A stretch of DNA of 37,496 nucleotides, taken from a bacterium. GTDB lineage: Bacteria; Methylomirabilota; Methylomirabilia; CAVQYV01. This document shows positions 1 through 8,691 of this stretch, piece after piece. The notes beneath the pieces are model-generated. The model did not search any database and was not told the DNA's origin. It saw nothing but the letters and a program-made list of their open reading frames with translations. Position numbers and translations under genes: made by a program. Location: the NCBI GenBank assembly GCA_043800755.1, contig JAZDMQ010000077.1, positions 1 through 37,496 of the forward strand. The letters are read 5' to 3'. Within the stretch, counting starts at the first letter, position 1, and every line of letters begins with the position of its first letter.

Positions 1-350
1 TCAGGTCCGCGATCGCGAATGAAATGGGGGGTCCGGGCAGGGACCTCCAGGGCGAGTTCGACGAAGCCGCCGTACTGGCCGTCTCGATACCAGGGGGCCT
101 GGTAGATCAACTTCTTTTGGCCGCCCTTCTCGATGCTATAGACATTGGCCTGCCGCGCCTCCATAAGCTGCCTGAGCTTTCTGCGTGCCGGCTCTGGATG
201 ACAGTCTAACAGACTTGTGCCGATCAGTTTCCTGCCGCCTCGATCCTGATAGGCCTCGGCTGCCTGGTCGTTCAACTCGATGATAATCCCCTCGCGGTCG
301 CAGACCGTCATCGCTCCGGGAAATTCCTTCACCCAGGGATGATCTGCCAT
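1..350 (-). CDS. Stand-alone PAS-domain protein (3' end runs off the window)
   Basis: Manual translation from ATG at 350 (GGAGG upstream): MADHPWVKEFPGAMTVCDREGIIIELNDQAAEAY...LIGTSLLDCHPEPARRKLRQLM..., a PAS-type N/LIG/HP pattern. No stop before position 1, so it is absent from the ORF track. Confidence 0.8.
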   Translation of the reverse strand, partial: MADHPWVKEFPGAMTVCDREGIIIELNDQAAEAYQDRGGRKLIGTSLLDCHPEPARRKLRQLMEARQANVYSIEKGGQKKLIYQAPWYRDGQYGGFVELALEVPARTPHFIRDRGP

Positions 351-378
351 CCTGCCCTCCTTGCCGAGGATCGCACCC

Positions 379-560
379 TCAGTCGAGGGTGACGAAGATC
401 GTTTTCCATGGTAATCGCCATCCGTTTCCCGAAAGATGATCCCCGTTGCGGGAATTCGCTCTGAGAGCCGGCCGATATCACCAGCATCCTTCAGCGGGAT
501 ATCGATCTCCTCGAAATGCGATTCGGAATCAGCCCTGTTGTAGACCCTCGTCACCTTCAT
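379..560 (-). pseudogene. Cupin-like small protein gene with internal frameshifting deletion
   Basis: ATG at 560, 2 nt after the HD-gene stop, reads MKVTRVYNRADSESHFEEIDIPLKDAGDIGRLSERIPATGIIFRETDGDY. A family-like C-terminus PWKTIFVTLD* (409-379) follows at once in a different frame, and the cupin core between them is missing. Confidence 0.6.
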
Positions 561-562
561 CT

Positions 563-1141
563 CTAAGCATCACCCCCTGTGGAGTCCTCGAGTCCCAAGG
601 CTGCCCGCCCCTCGCCCAGGACCTGGTCATAATACTGCTCCAACGCCGGATTGCAAGGGCGGCAGCCGGCGACTACCTGCTCGGTCCAGTTCAGATAGGC
701 TCGCCTGCGATCTGTCGGCCAATCTGCAGGCGGGTGATGGGTCACATCCCTCACATTGCAGATTTTGTCGGCGAGCTTGATCAGTTTGGCGCGGTTGGAA
801 ACCAGCGGGGCGTGCTCGATCTGTAGCCGCTTCCGCTCCGCCTTGGGCAGGGTCTTGTCATCGGTCATCTCTTCGACGAGGAGCCGAACCTCAATGCTGA
901 ACCTCGATTCGAGCTCCTCCGGAGTGGTCTGCGTATCCTCGATGGTATCATGCAGGATGGCGGCGACCAGGGTGGTCGGGTCAGTGACGCCCCCCACATT
1001 TGCTAAGAGGCTGGTCACCTCGATAGGGTGGTTGATGTAAGGGGAGGCGTTCTTGTCCTTGCGCCGCTGGTCCCGGTGTTTCTCGGCGGAAAATTGGAGC
1101 GCCTTCAACAAAAGGGCGACGCCGCTGATCTTTACCTCCAT
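563..1141 (-). CDS. HD-domain small alarmone hydrolase (Mesh1 / SpoT-HD-like)
   Basis: [22 protein letters not shown] and KLADKICN motifs. Start trimmed to MEVKISG (1141). Confidence 0.88.
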   Translation of the reverse strand: MEVKISGVALLLKALQFSAEKHRDQRRKDKNASPYINHPIEVTSLLANVGGVTDPTTLVAAILHDTIEDTQTTPEELESRFSIEVRLLVEEMTDDKTLPKAERKRLQIEHAPLVSNRAKLIKLADKICNVRDVTHHPPADWPTDRRRAYLNWTEQVVAGCRPCNPALEQYYDQVLGEGRAALGLEDSTGGDA

Positions 1142-1317
1142 GCCAGCCCCGATCCGAAGGCCCTCATGTCGCCGAGAGCCACTTCTTTGCGACTGATGAT
1201 GCCAGTCAGGCTCAATAGCAAGAAGAAAACGAAGGCGGCCACATTGAGGATTCACAATCTGCGGGCCTTGCCATTCTTGATCCCTCTTCTCCGTTTTCGG
1301 GCGCGGGCCGGCCCTCC

Positions 1318-3012
1318 CTATTGCTTCTCTGCCTTCAGGATCTTGGCCCAGGAGTCCACCAGGGAGACCGTGCGATTGAACACCAAAGAGCCCTTAGCCG
1401 AATCCGGGTCCACGCAGAAATAGCCCTGCCTCTCGAACTGGTATCGGGCGCCTGGCGTGGCGCCTGCCAGGCTCGGTTCCACGCGGCAGGAGGTCAGCGT
1501 CTCCAGCGACTTCGGATTCAGGTAGGATTTGAAATCGCGGCCCTCCTCTTCGTCGTCCGGATCTGGCTTGGTAAAGAGATGATCGTAAAGGCGCACCTGG
1601 GTCTGGAGGGCGTGGGCGGCCGAGACCCAGTGGAGGGTTGCCTTGACCTTGCGTCCATCCGGCGCGTCACCGCCCTTCGTCGCTGGGTCATAGGTGCAGT
1701 GCAGCTCAACCACCTCGCCGGTTTTTTCATCCTTCACCATGCCCACGCATTTGATGAAATAGGCATACCGCAACCGGACCTCACGACCGGGGGCCAGCCG
1801 ATAGAATTTGGTGGGCGGGTTTTCGAGGAAGTCCTCCTTCTCAAGGTAGAGCACACGCGAAAAGGGAACCTTCCTGGTGCCGGCGCTGGCGTCCTCCGGG
1901 TTATTCACGGCGTCCAACTCCTCCACCAGGTCCTCTGGATAATTATCAATGACGACTCGCAGAGGACGCAGCACCGTCATGACGCGCGGCGCGCGTTGGT
2001 TCAGGTCTTGGCGGATGAAGTGCTCGAGCAGTCCGATGTCCACGGTACTATTGCTCTTGGCCACTCCGATGCGCTCACAGAAGTTGCGGATTGCCTCCGG
2101 GGTGTAGCCGCGCCTCCGCATCCCTGCGAGCGTGGGCATCCGGGGATCGTCCCATCCGCTGACGGATCCCTCTTGTACCAGTTGTAGGAGTTTGCGCTTG
2201 CTCATCACGGTGTAGCTAAGATTGAGGCGGGCGAACTCGATCTGTTGCGGATGATAAACCTTTAGCTCGTCGAGTATCCAGTCGTAGAGCGGGCGATGGT
2301 CCTCATACTCCATGGTGCAAATCGAATGGGTGATCCCTTCGATGGAGTCGGAAAGGCCGTGGGCGAAGTCGTACATTGGGTAGATACACCACTGATTGCC
2401 CGTCCGGTGATGGGCCACCTTCCGAATGCGATAGAGGACCGGATCCCGCATATTCAGATTGGGAGAAGCCATATCGATCTTGGCCCGGAGCACATGGGTC
2501 CCATCCTCGAATTCCCCTGCGCGCATGCGGCGAAACAGGTCGAGGTTCTCTTCCACCGAACGGCTGCGGTAGGGGCTTTCCTTTCCCGGCTCGGTCAAGG
2601 TGCCACGGTGCTCTCGGATCTCCTCTGCGCTCAGGCTATCCACATAGGCCTGGCCCTCTTGGATGAGTTGCACTGCATACTGGTAAAGTTGCTCAAAGTA
2701 GTCAGAGGCGTAGAAGAGCCGATCATCCCAATCGAATCCCAGCCAGCGGACATCCTCCTTGATCGATTCCACATACTCGACCTCCTCTTTGCTGGGATTG
2801 GTATCGTCGAAGCGCAGATTGCAGAGGCCTCCGTATTCGGTGGCCAGTCCGAAATTGAGGCAGACGGACTTGGCGTGTCCGATGTGGAGATAGCCGTTCG
2901 GCTCGGGCGGGAATCGGGTGCGAACTCGTCCGCCGAATCGGTTCGTCTTCAAGTCCTCGGCGATGATGGTGCGGATGAAATTGGATGAGGGGGCAGGATC
3001 GGTAGTGGGCAT
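1318..3012 (-). CDS. glnS: Glutamine--tRNA ligase
   Basis: [14 protein letters not shown] (HIGH), MSKRKL (KMSKS-like), [17 protein letters not shown]; 564 aa, no C-terminal Yqey extension. Confidence 0.97.
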   Translation of the reverse strand: MPTTDPAPSSNFIRTIIAEDLKTNRFGGRVRTRFPPEPNGYLHIGHAKSVCLNFGLATEYGGLCNLRFDDTNPSKEEVEYVESIKEDVRWLGFDWDDRLFYASDYFEQLYQYAVQLIQEGQAYVDSLSAEEIREHRGTLTEPGKESPYRSRSVEENLDLFRRMRAGEFEDGTHVLRAKIDMASPNLNMRDPVLYRIRKVAHHRTGNQWCIYPMYDFAHGLSDSIEGITHSICTMEYEDHRPLYDWILDELKVYHPQQIEFARLNLSYTVMSKRKLLQLVQEGSVSGWDDPRMPTLAGMRRRGYTPEAIRNFCERIGVAKSNSTVDIGLLEHFIRQDLNQRAPRVMTVLRPLRVVIDNYPEDLVEELDAVNNPEDASAGTRKVPFSRVLYLEKEDFLENPPTKFYRLAPGREVRLRYAYFIKCVGMVKDEKTGEVVELHCTYDPATKGGDAPDGRKVKATLHWVSAAHALQTQVRLYDHLFTKPDPDDEEEGRDFKSYLNPKSLETLTSCRVEPSLAGATPGARYQFERQGYFCVDPDSAKGSLVFNRTVSLVDSWAKILKAEKQ

Positions 3013-3235
3013 GGGTGCGGCTTCCTCCTTGACTTTCTCTTGTGCGATCTTCTGGATGTGGATGTGTATATGGGAGCGAGCCTGTTCGGGGCGATGATTT
3101 GAATGCGCTCTGCCTGCATCTTCAGAAAGGTGCGCTTGGGGGTCTCCACCCCACCGGCGGTGATCCTCTCCACCTTTCCCGTAACCTGAACGCGCTTTTG
3201 AAGATAGAACGAATCAACCGCACCGCCGAGGGACC

Positions 3236-3257
3236 CGGGGTCAGGTCTTTACTCTTG
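3236..3257 (+). repeat. Left copy of 22-bp inverted repeat (cggggtcaggtctttactcttg)
   Basis: 21/22 identity to the reverse complement of 4697-4718; overlaps the transposase stop codon. Confidence 0.85.
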
Positions 3258-4115
3258 CTGTTTTCCGCTCCCCTCCGTCATCAGTCTGCTGATGGTAGAA
3301 TAATGCAGCCCGAGAAAATCCGCAACTTCTCTCTGAGAGTAGCCGTGCTTTTCTACGGCCTCAGCGACTTTCCGATTTCGCAGATCCCTGTCCCCTGTAG
3401 CCTTGTTAGCAAAGAGCCTGTCCAGGCTCGGCCTTCCCAACAGGCGCTGGCTCTTGGGGATCTCAGTGAAGCCTTCCTGGCCCCTCAAATGCCCTCGGAG
3501 CTGCTGGACGAAATCGTCATCACCAAGCAATATCTGTCCTTTGACCTCGGTCCAGATTGATTCTGCACTGATGCCATCGCGGATGAATTCACGGTAGTTG
3601 GCCCTTGCCGTACTCATCCTTTCCCCAAACTGCTGCAGTATCCAGGCGGTCGTCAGGCAAGGATGGGCACGCTCATATCCCGCGGTACCCCGGTAGCTGC
3701 TCCATGGCCATGCTTCGGGCGATCTTACCAGATCAGCCCGCACCGGGTTCAGCACCACATAGCGGCAGACCTGGAGCAGATAGCTCTCCCTTTCCACCAG
3801 CACTGCTCTATACCTTCCCTGAAAGAGGTGGCCGACCCTTTGATGTTGCTTGTTGAAAAGCTGAGTGAAGACCCCATTTAATTGGCGCATCCCCGGCGAG
3901 AGGTTGCCGTCCGGAGTCTCGATGATCAAATGATAATGGTTTTCCATCAGACAATAGGCATGGCAGAGCCAGTTGAAGCGATTTGAGACGCCCGCCAGAA
4001 GGCTGAGGAATGAAGAACGATCCCGGTCTTCGAGGAATATGGGTTTCTGCTCATTCCCCCGAGAGGTGACATGATAGAGCGCGCCTTCGAATTCTATCCG
4101 TAATGGTCTCGCCAT
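3249..4115 (-). mobile_element. HUH/Y1 transposase, REP-associated tyrosine transposase (RAYT)-like, with C-terminal HTH
   Basis: MARPLR start, YHVTSRG, MENHYHLI (HUH), LFQGRY, YVVLNPVRA (catalytic Tyr), WSSY, and C-terminal YSQREVADFLGLHYSTISR helix-turn-helix. Confidence 0.9.
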
Positions 4116-4181
4116 ACAATTCACCACGCTTAGATAAGGATTGGGGACCTCAGAAGCAAAGGCCCAGCCACCCGGCAGCCC

Positions 4182-4619
4182 TTAGGCTGCCTTCAATTCT
4201 GAAGTACAACTTGGGCAACGGGTGGCCTTGACCGCAATGGTGGAGAAGCAATAGGGGCATTCCTTGGTGATAGGGGCTGGGGCCGGCTCTGGCCGATGCA
4301 ATCGATTGGCCACCCGAATTACCAGGAACAGGGCAAGGGCGATGATGATGAAATCGACCAGGGCATTGAGAAACAGCCCATAGTTGATCGTGGGTGCCCC
4401 GGCGGCCTTGGCACTACTCAGGGCAGAATAGGGTGCGCCGGATAGGTTCAGGAATAAGTTGCTGAAGTCCACCTTGCCCAGCAGCAGGCCAATAGGGGGC
4501 ATGAGGACGTCGTTGACCAGGGAGGTGATGATCTTGCCAAAGGCAGCGCCGATGATGACCGCCACAGCCAAGTCAAGGGCATTGCCCCGCATTATGAATT
4601 CTTTAAAATCCTTGAGCAT
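4182..4619 (-). CDS. mscL: Large-conductance mechanosensitive channel with C-terminal CxxC-CxxC tail
   Basis: [31 protein letters not shown]...[12 protein letters not shown]; tail CPYC...CPSC; GGAGG RBS before ATG 4619. Confidence 0.95.
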   Translation of the reverse strand: MLKDFKEFIMRGNALDLAVAVIIGAAFGKIITSLVNDVLMPPIGLLLGKVDFSNLFLNLSGAPYSALSSAKAAGAPTINYGLFLNALVDFIIIALALFLVIRVANRLHRPEPAPAPITKECPYCFSTIAVKATRCPSCTSELKAA

Positions 4620-4696
4620 TTCGGACCCTCCTTTCCCGATTCCCGAATGACTCGGATTAGATTTGAGATCATCTAACACGGACCCGGCATCAATGT

Positions 4697-4718
4697 CAAG
4701 ATTAAAGACCTGACCCCG
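4697..4718 (-). repeat. Right copy of 22-bp inverted repeat
   Basis: caagattaaagacctgaccccg is the reverse complement of the left copy with one mismatch. Confidence 0.85.
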
Positions 4719-4739
4719 TGTTCGATGGTATGGATTGAA

Positions 4740-5234
4740 CTATCTTTGGAACGCGTGCCGCCAGCAGGTGCGCGTTCGCTCTCGTTCCTGTCTCCCGGTC
4801 ATCTCGGTGATGATGATCTCCACGGCGCCGCAGTTGGCCACCCCCTCCGGGGCAATTCCTGGAGCCTGGGGGCGGAACCGGCGATTGAAGGCGTTCAGCG
4901 CCTCCTCTCGTTCTTTTAGGTTCCCCAGCACCCGTGCCGTGCCGTAGCAGATGACACTGTCGCTATCCACATGACAGGGGTTTCCACCTGCATGCTCGCG
5001 CACCCGCCCTGGCTGCCGAGCCACCGCAAAGCAGACCTGGGGGTTGGCCCGGATATAGTCCAGCTTCCTTCCCTGGTGGCCACAGTGAAACAGGATCTTC
5101 CCGTCCTGATAAGCGTAATTCACCGGAACTACATACGGCTTGCCATCCAGGCACAACCCCAAGAAGCCGAACTCGCCCTCCTGCAGGATCTCTTCCATCT
5201 CCTCGCGGGATTCGATAAAGCCCTGCTCTTCCAT
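4740..5234 (-). CDS. Pyridoxamine 5'-phosphate oxidase-like / NimA-like flavin-binding protein
   Basis: PYVVPVNY, FHC...GRKLDYIRANPQVCF, SVICYGTA: split-barrel FMN-binding pattern. Confidence 0.85.
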   Translation of the reverse strand: MEEQGFIESREEMEEILQEGEFGFLGLCLDGKPYVVPVNYAYQDGKILFHCGHQGRKLDYIRANPQVCFAVARQPGRVREHAGGNPCHVDSDSVICYGTARVLGNLKEREEALNAFNRRFRPQAPGIAPEGVANCGAVEIIITEMTGRQERERTRTCWRHAFQR

Positions 5235-5324
5235 TGATCTTCTCCTGGTTTCCTCATTCAGATGCGGATCGTGTGAATCGAATGATGCGACGACGGATCA
5301 GCGATCAAGAAACCCACGGTTGCG

Positions 5325-5354
5325 ATTATCAAATGAATCGGCTATCTTTGTCAA
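5325..5354 (-). promoter_or_regulatory. Putative sigma70 promoter for the flavin-binding protein gene
   Basis: TTGACA-N18-GATAAT on the minus strand in a divergent intergenic gap. Confidence 0.45.
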
Positions 5355-5390
5355 GGAGGATGGGAAATGGACCGTGGGACTCAACCAAGG

Positions 5391-5900
5391 ATGACGGAAC
5401 ACTTGCTCTATGCCCGAATTGCCTCGGTCTTTGGCACCATCGGCCTGGTCTGGGAAGAGGCCGATGTCGGGCCGAAGGTGTCCCGGGTTCTTTTGCCCCA
5501 TGAGACAAACTCGGCGGGAAAGATTCTCCTAATTGCAGGGATTGAAAGGTTTCTCGAAGGCGAGGCGGTGGATTTTGATCTGGAGAGGATCGCCCTCGAT
5601 CGGTGTTCGGAGTTTCAGCGTCGGGTCCTCCTGGCCGATTTTCAGATCCCTCGGGGCTGGATCAGCACCTATGGGAGGATTGCCAGAAGGGTAGGGACTC
5701 CCAATGCGTCCCGGGCGGTGGGCAGAGCCTTGGCTCGCAATCCCTTCCCCCTCGTCATCCCCTGTCATCGCGTCCTCCGCTCGCATGGGGGGTTGGGGGG
5801 ATATCGAGGCGGCCTCGCCATGAAACAGGCCCTGCTCCAATTAGAAGGGGTGGAGTTCTCGGCGGCAGGGAGGGTCCTCACGGACCGGATCTACTATTGA
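5391..5900 (+). CDS. ogt: Methylated-DNA--protein-cysteine methyltransferase
   Basis: TYG.IA, RAVGRA, NPFPLVIPCHRV active-site motif, LGGYRGG..K..LL..E. Confidence 0.92.
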   Translation: MTEHLLYARIASVFGTIGLVWEEADVGPKVSRVLLPHETNSAGKILLIAGIERFLEGEAVDFDLERIALDRCSEFQRRVLLADFQIPRGWISTYGRIARRVGTPNASRAVGRALARNPFPLVIPCHRVLRSHGGLGGYRGGLAMKQALLQLEGVEFSAAGRVLTDRIYY

Positions 5901-5922
5901 TTGGCCTCTCGCGATCCCTGGC

Positions 5923-6936
5923 TCATCCCTTGGCCGGAAATACCCTGGACATCCGATCCCTGCCCCTGACCGCTGGATTGACCAGGTACTTGGGCCATTC
6001 CCCCCGGAGCGCCGAGGCCACATTCTGCGCGGCCTTGGTGCGAAGCTCCAGGTAGGCCTCCTCGGTATAGGAGGCATAGTGGGGCGTGAAGACCACATTC
6101 TCCAGGGTCAGGAGGGGCTCATTCGGATCGGGAGGCTCCTTCTCTAAGACATCCAGGCCGGCCCCGGCGATCCAGCCTTCCTTCAGGGCCCGATACAGGG
6201 CGGCCCCATCCACCACCGGCCCGCGACCGGTGTTGATCAGGAAGGCGGAGGGCTTCATCTGGTGCAGCTCCTTCTCCCCGATGATATGGCGGGTGTCGGC
6301 AGTGAGGGGGGCATGAATGGAGAGGATGTCTGATTGTCCGAGCAGGGTGGGCAGATCCACCATCTTCACCCCGTAGGGGTTGGCGGCCTCCTGGGAGACA
6401 TAGGGGTCATAGGCGATGATCTGGAAGCCAAAGGCCTGGGCCTTGGGCACCAGGGTCCGGGCGATGTTGCCGAAGGAGAGGAGGCCCAGGACCTGGCCCC
6501 GGAACTTATGGATGGGGAAGGCGAGGCTTCGATCCCAGATCCCTTGCCTCACCGCGTTGCTGAGGAGGACCACCTTGCGAGTCGCCGCTAGGATCAGGCT
6601 CATGGCCGTGTCCGAGACCTCATCGAAGCAGAAGTCGGGGACATTGGCGCAGATAATCCCCTGCTCCGTGGCTGCGGCGACCTCCACGGTGTCCACCCCG
6701 ATCCCGTAATTGGAGATCACCAGGCAACTCTTCAGTTCACTCAACACCCGGCGGGTGAGAGGGGAGATGGCGTGAAGGATTGCATCGGCATCGCGGGCCG
6801 CCTCGATCACCTCCTCCTCGGTGAGGGAGCGGCTGGGGAGGACCTCCGCCCCCACCTGGGCCAGGATCTCGCGTTCCACGGTGAGGGGAAGCAGGTGGGC
6901 GTTGGTCGCCGCCACTTTGAATCTGACTTGGGCCAT
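5923..6936 (-). CDS. D-isomer-specific 2-hydroxyacid dehydrogenase (CtBP/SerA-like)
   Basis: GIGVD, G.I.R nucleotide-binding region, LINTGRG, GLDVLEKEP, TPHYA catalytic motifs. Start trimmed to MAQVRF with GGAGG RBS. Confidence 0.92.
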   Translation of the reverse strand: MAQVRFKVAATNAHLLPLTVEREILAQVGAEVLPSRSLTEEEVIEAARDADAILHAISPLTRRVLSELKSCLVISNYGIGVDTVEVAAATEQGIICANVPDFCFDEVSDTAMSLILAATRKVVLLSNAVRQGIWDRSLAFPIHKFRGQVLGLLSFGNIARTLVPKAQAFGFQIIAYDPYVSQEAANPYGVKMVDLPTLLGQSDILSIHAPLTADTRHIIGEKELHQMKPSAFLINTGRGPVVDGAALYRALKEGWIAGAGLDVLEKEPPDPNEPLLTLENVVFTPHYASYTEEAYLELRTKAAQNVASALRGEWPKYLVNPAVRGRDRMSRVFPAKG

Positions 6937-6968
6937 CTTTTGCCTCCTTCTGCCTGAGGGCTTGAGGG

Positions 6969-7070
6969 ATCGTTGCTTAGTGCTCCGCTTCATAAATGCG
7001 GTAACATATTATTCCCCGGAAACGGAGCACTTCCACAGGGGTTTACGCCCCTATGGCGCTCCATAACGAT
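6969..7070 (-). other. Structured 5' leader (candidate cis-regulatory RNA or palindromic element)
   Basis: Nested and alternative stems whose G-U pairs form only on the minus strand; lies between a promoter-like site and the RBS. No known family recognised. Confidence 0.45.
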
Positions 7071-7072
7071 TC

Positions 7073-7102
7073 AGCATAATATCAGAGGCGGCTGAGGGTC
7101 AA
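7073..7102 (-). promoter_or_regulatory. Putative sigma70 promoter for the 2-hydroxyacid dehydrogenase
   Basis: TTGACC-N18-TATGCT on the minus strand directly upstream of the structured leader. Confidence 0.45.
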
Positions 7103-7251
7103 TAGGAATTTGGGTAGTGAATTTGAGCAGTGAAAAATGCCATTGCTTTTTCGGGCTGCTTATTCTATGAGATAGCTGCGATCGGATTTTAGGGTGGAGC
7201 AGGGATTGGGCGCAGAGGGAAGTGGAAATTTAGTCAGGATGGGGGTGGGCG

Positions 7252-7668
7252 ATGGGAGAAGTGAAGGTTCGCTGGATCGGAGGGCATCAATTCGTCGGTA
7301 TCGATAGCACCCATCATAGCGTAGTGCTCTCCTCCCCGGAGGAGGGCGTGGGGATGAAACCCTCTGAGCTTCTGCTGGTGGCCCTGGCGAGCTGCTCCGC
7401 CTATGATGTGGTGGAGATCCTGAAAAAGAAGAGGCTTCGGCTCTTGGGGCTGGAGGTCACGGTCCAGGGGGAGCAGGACCCGGAGCCGCCCTGGGCCTTT
7501 CGGCGGATCCAATTGGAATATCGGGTGAAGGGGCGGCAGATTCCGGAAGGGGCGGTGGCCTCCGCCATAGAGCTGTCGGAGAAGAAATACTGTTCGGTCA
7601 TGGCCACGCTCTCCGGAGTGGTCGAGGTGAGCAGCCATTTTCAAATCGAAGGGGAAGAGGAGGAATGA
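7252..7668 (+). CDS. OsmC/YhfA family protein
   Basis: PSELLLVALASCS...DVV and LSEKKYCSV two-Cys pattern. Confidence 0.9.
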   Translation: MGEVKVRWIGGHQFVGIDSTHHSVVLSSPEEGVGMKPSELLLVALASCSAYDVVEILKKKRLRLLGLEVTVQGEQDPEPPWAFRRIQLEYRVKGRQIPEGAVASAIELSEKKYCSVMATLSGVVEVSSHFQIEGEEEE

Positions 7669-8661
7669 ATGAGGATCACTTTCCGATCAGATTTCATGCT
7701 GAGCTTCGCAATGGCATGTCTGTTACTGGGCCTGATGGTTACACCCCTGGCCTGGGGTGAGAATCCCTCGGAGCGGACTGGCTTCCTGAAGGTGAGCACG
7801 GAGCCCGAGGGGGCCAGCATAGAGGTGGATTCCGGACAAAAGGGGACGACCCCGGTCGTCCTGGAGGTCCCTGTGGGAGCAAGAAAGGTCAAGCTCTCCA
7901 AGGAGGGATTTCTCCCGCACAGCGAGGAGGTCGTCGTCTCTGCGGATGGCATCCTCCGTCTCCAGGTCAAACTCTCCCTCTCTCCGCTCGCTTCAATTAA
8001 GACGATCTCGGAGAAGAGGGGAAAGGACGGCTCGGAGATGGTCTTCGTCCCGGGAGGGGAATTTCTGACCGAGGGCGGAGAAGGAGGATCCCAGAAGGTC
8101 CCGGTGAAGGCCTTCTGGATCGACAAATTCGAGGTGACCAACGCCCAATATGCCAAGTTTCTGGAAGAGACCAAACACCCCAAGCCGGCCTACTGGGAAG
8201 ACCCGGCTTACAATCAGTCGCAGCAGCCCGTGGTGGGGGTGCGCTGGGAGGATGCGGTCGCCTATGCCCGCTGGGTCGGGAAGCGCCTCCCCTCTGAGGT
8301 AGAGTGGGAGAAAGCAGCCAGGGGGCCGGATGGCCGGATTTATCCCTGGGGGGACACCTGGTCGTCCGATCGGTGCAATAGTACCGGGAAGCAAGATGGA
8401 TTTGAGGGTCCAGCCCCGGTGGGACAATTTCCCTCGGGGGCCAGTCCCTATGGGGTGATGGATATGGTGGGCAATGTCTGGGAGTGGGTTGGGGATGAGC
8501 CAGCCCCGGATGCCCCCGCGGACTCGAAGGATCTCCGCATCGGCAAGGGAGGATCCTGGGCGAATTCGGCCGAGCAGGTCAAGGTTACCGCCCGGGCCAG
8601 GGGGGATAAGACGATGGCCGACTGCATCCTCGGTTTCCGTTGCGCCCTGGATGGCGATTGA
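7669..8661 (+). CDS. Secreted PEGA-domain + formylglycine-generating-enzyme (SUMF1/FGE-sulfatase) domain protein
   Basis: N-terminal hydrophobic signal, PEGA (STEPEGA...GTTP), EVTNAQY, RLPSEVEWEKAARG, DMVGNVWEW, GFRC. Confidence 0.9.
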   Translation: MRITFRSDFMLSFAMACLLLGLMVTPLAWGENPSERTGFLKVSTEPEGASIEVDSGQKGTTPVVLEVPVGARKVKLSKEGFLPHSEEVVVSADGILRLQVKLSLSPLASIKTISEKRGKDGSEMVFVPGGEFLTEGGEGGSQKVPVKAFWIDKFEVTNAQYAKFLEETKHPKPAYWEDPAYNQSQQPVVGVRWEDAVAYARWVGKRLPSEVEWEKAARGPDGRIYPWGDTWSSDRCNSTGKQDGFEGPAPVGQFPSGASPYGVMDMVGNVWEWVGDEPAPDAPADSKDLRIGKGGSWANSAEQVKVTARARGDKTMADCILGFRCALDGD

Positions 8662-8691
8662 GAGACAACGAACGAGGTTTCCGGGCTGGCT

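Noticed and set aside
1321..2988. Long plus-strand ORFs opposite glnS (similar ones at 12596-13375, 15876-17222, 27424-28515)
   Set aside because: Antisense shadows of well-supported genes in GC-rich DNA; no motifs.
5480..5545. Seemingly short N-terminal domain of ogt (possible internal deletion)
   Set aside because: The frame and catalytic domain are intact and this region varies in length; it cannot be supported without an alignment.
6940..6965. Glycine-riboswitch-like 'cctcaggcagaagg' on the minus strand
   Set aside because: The GGAGA and CCGAAG core elements are not present in the right arrangement.
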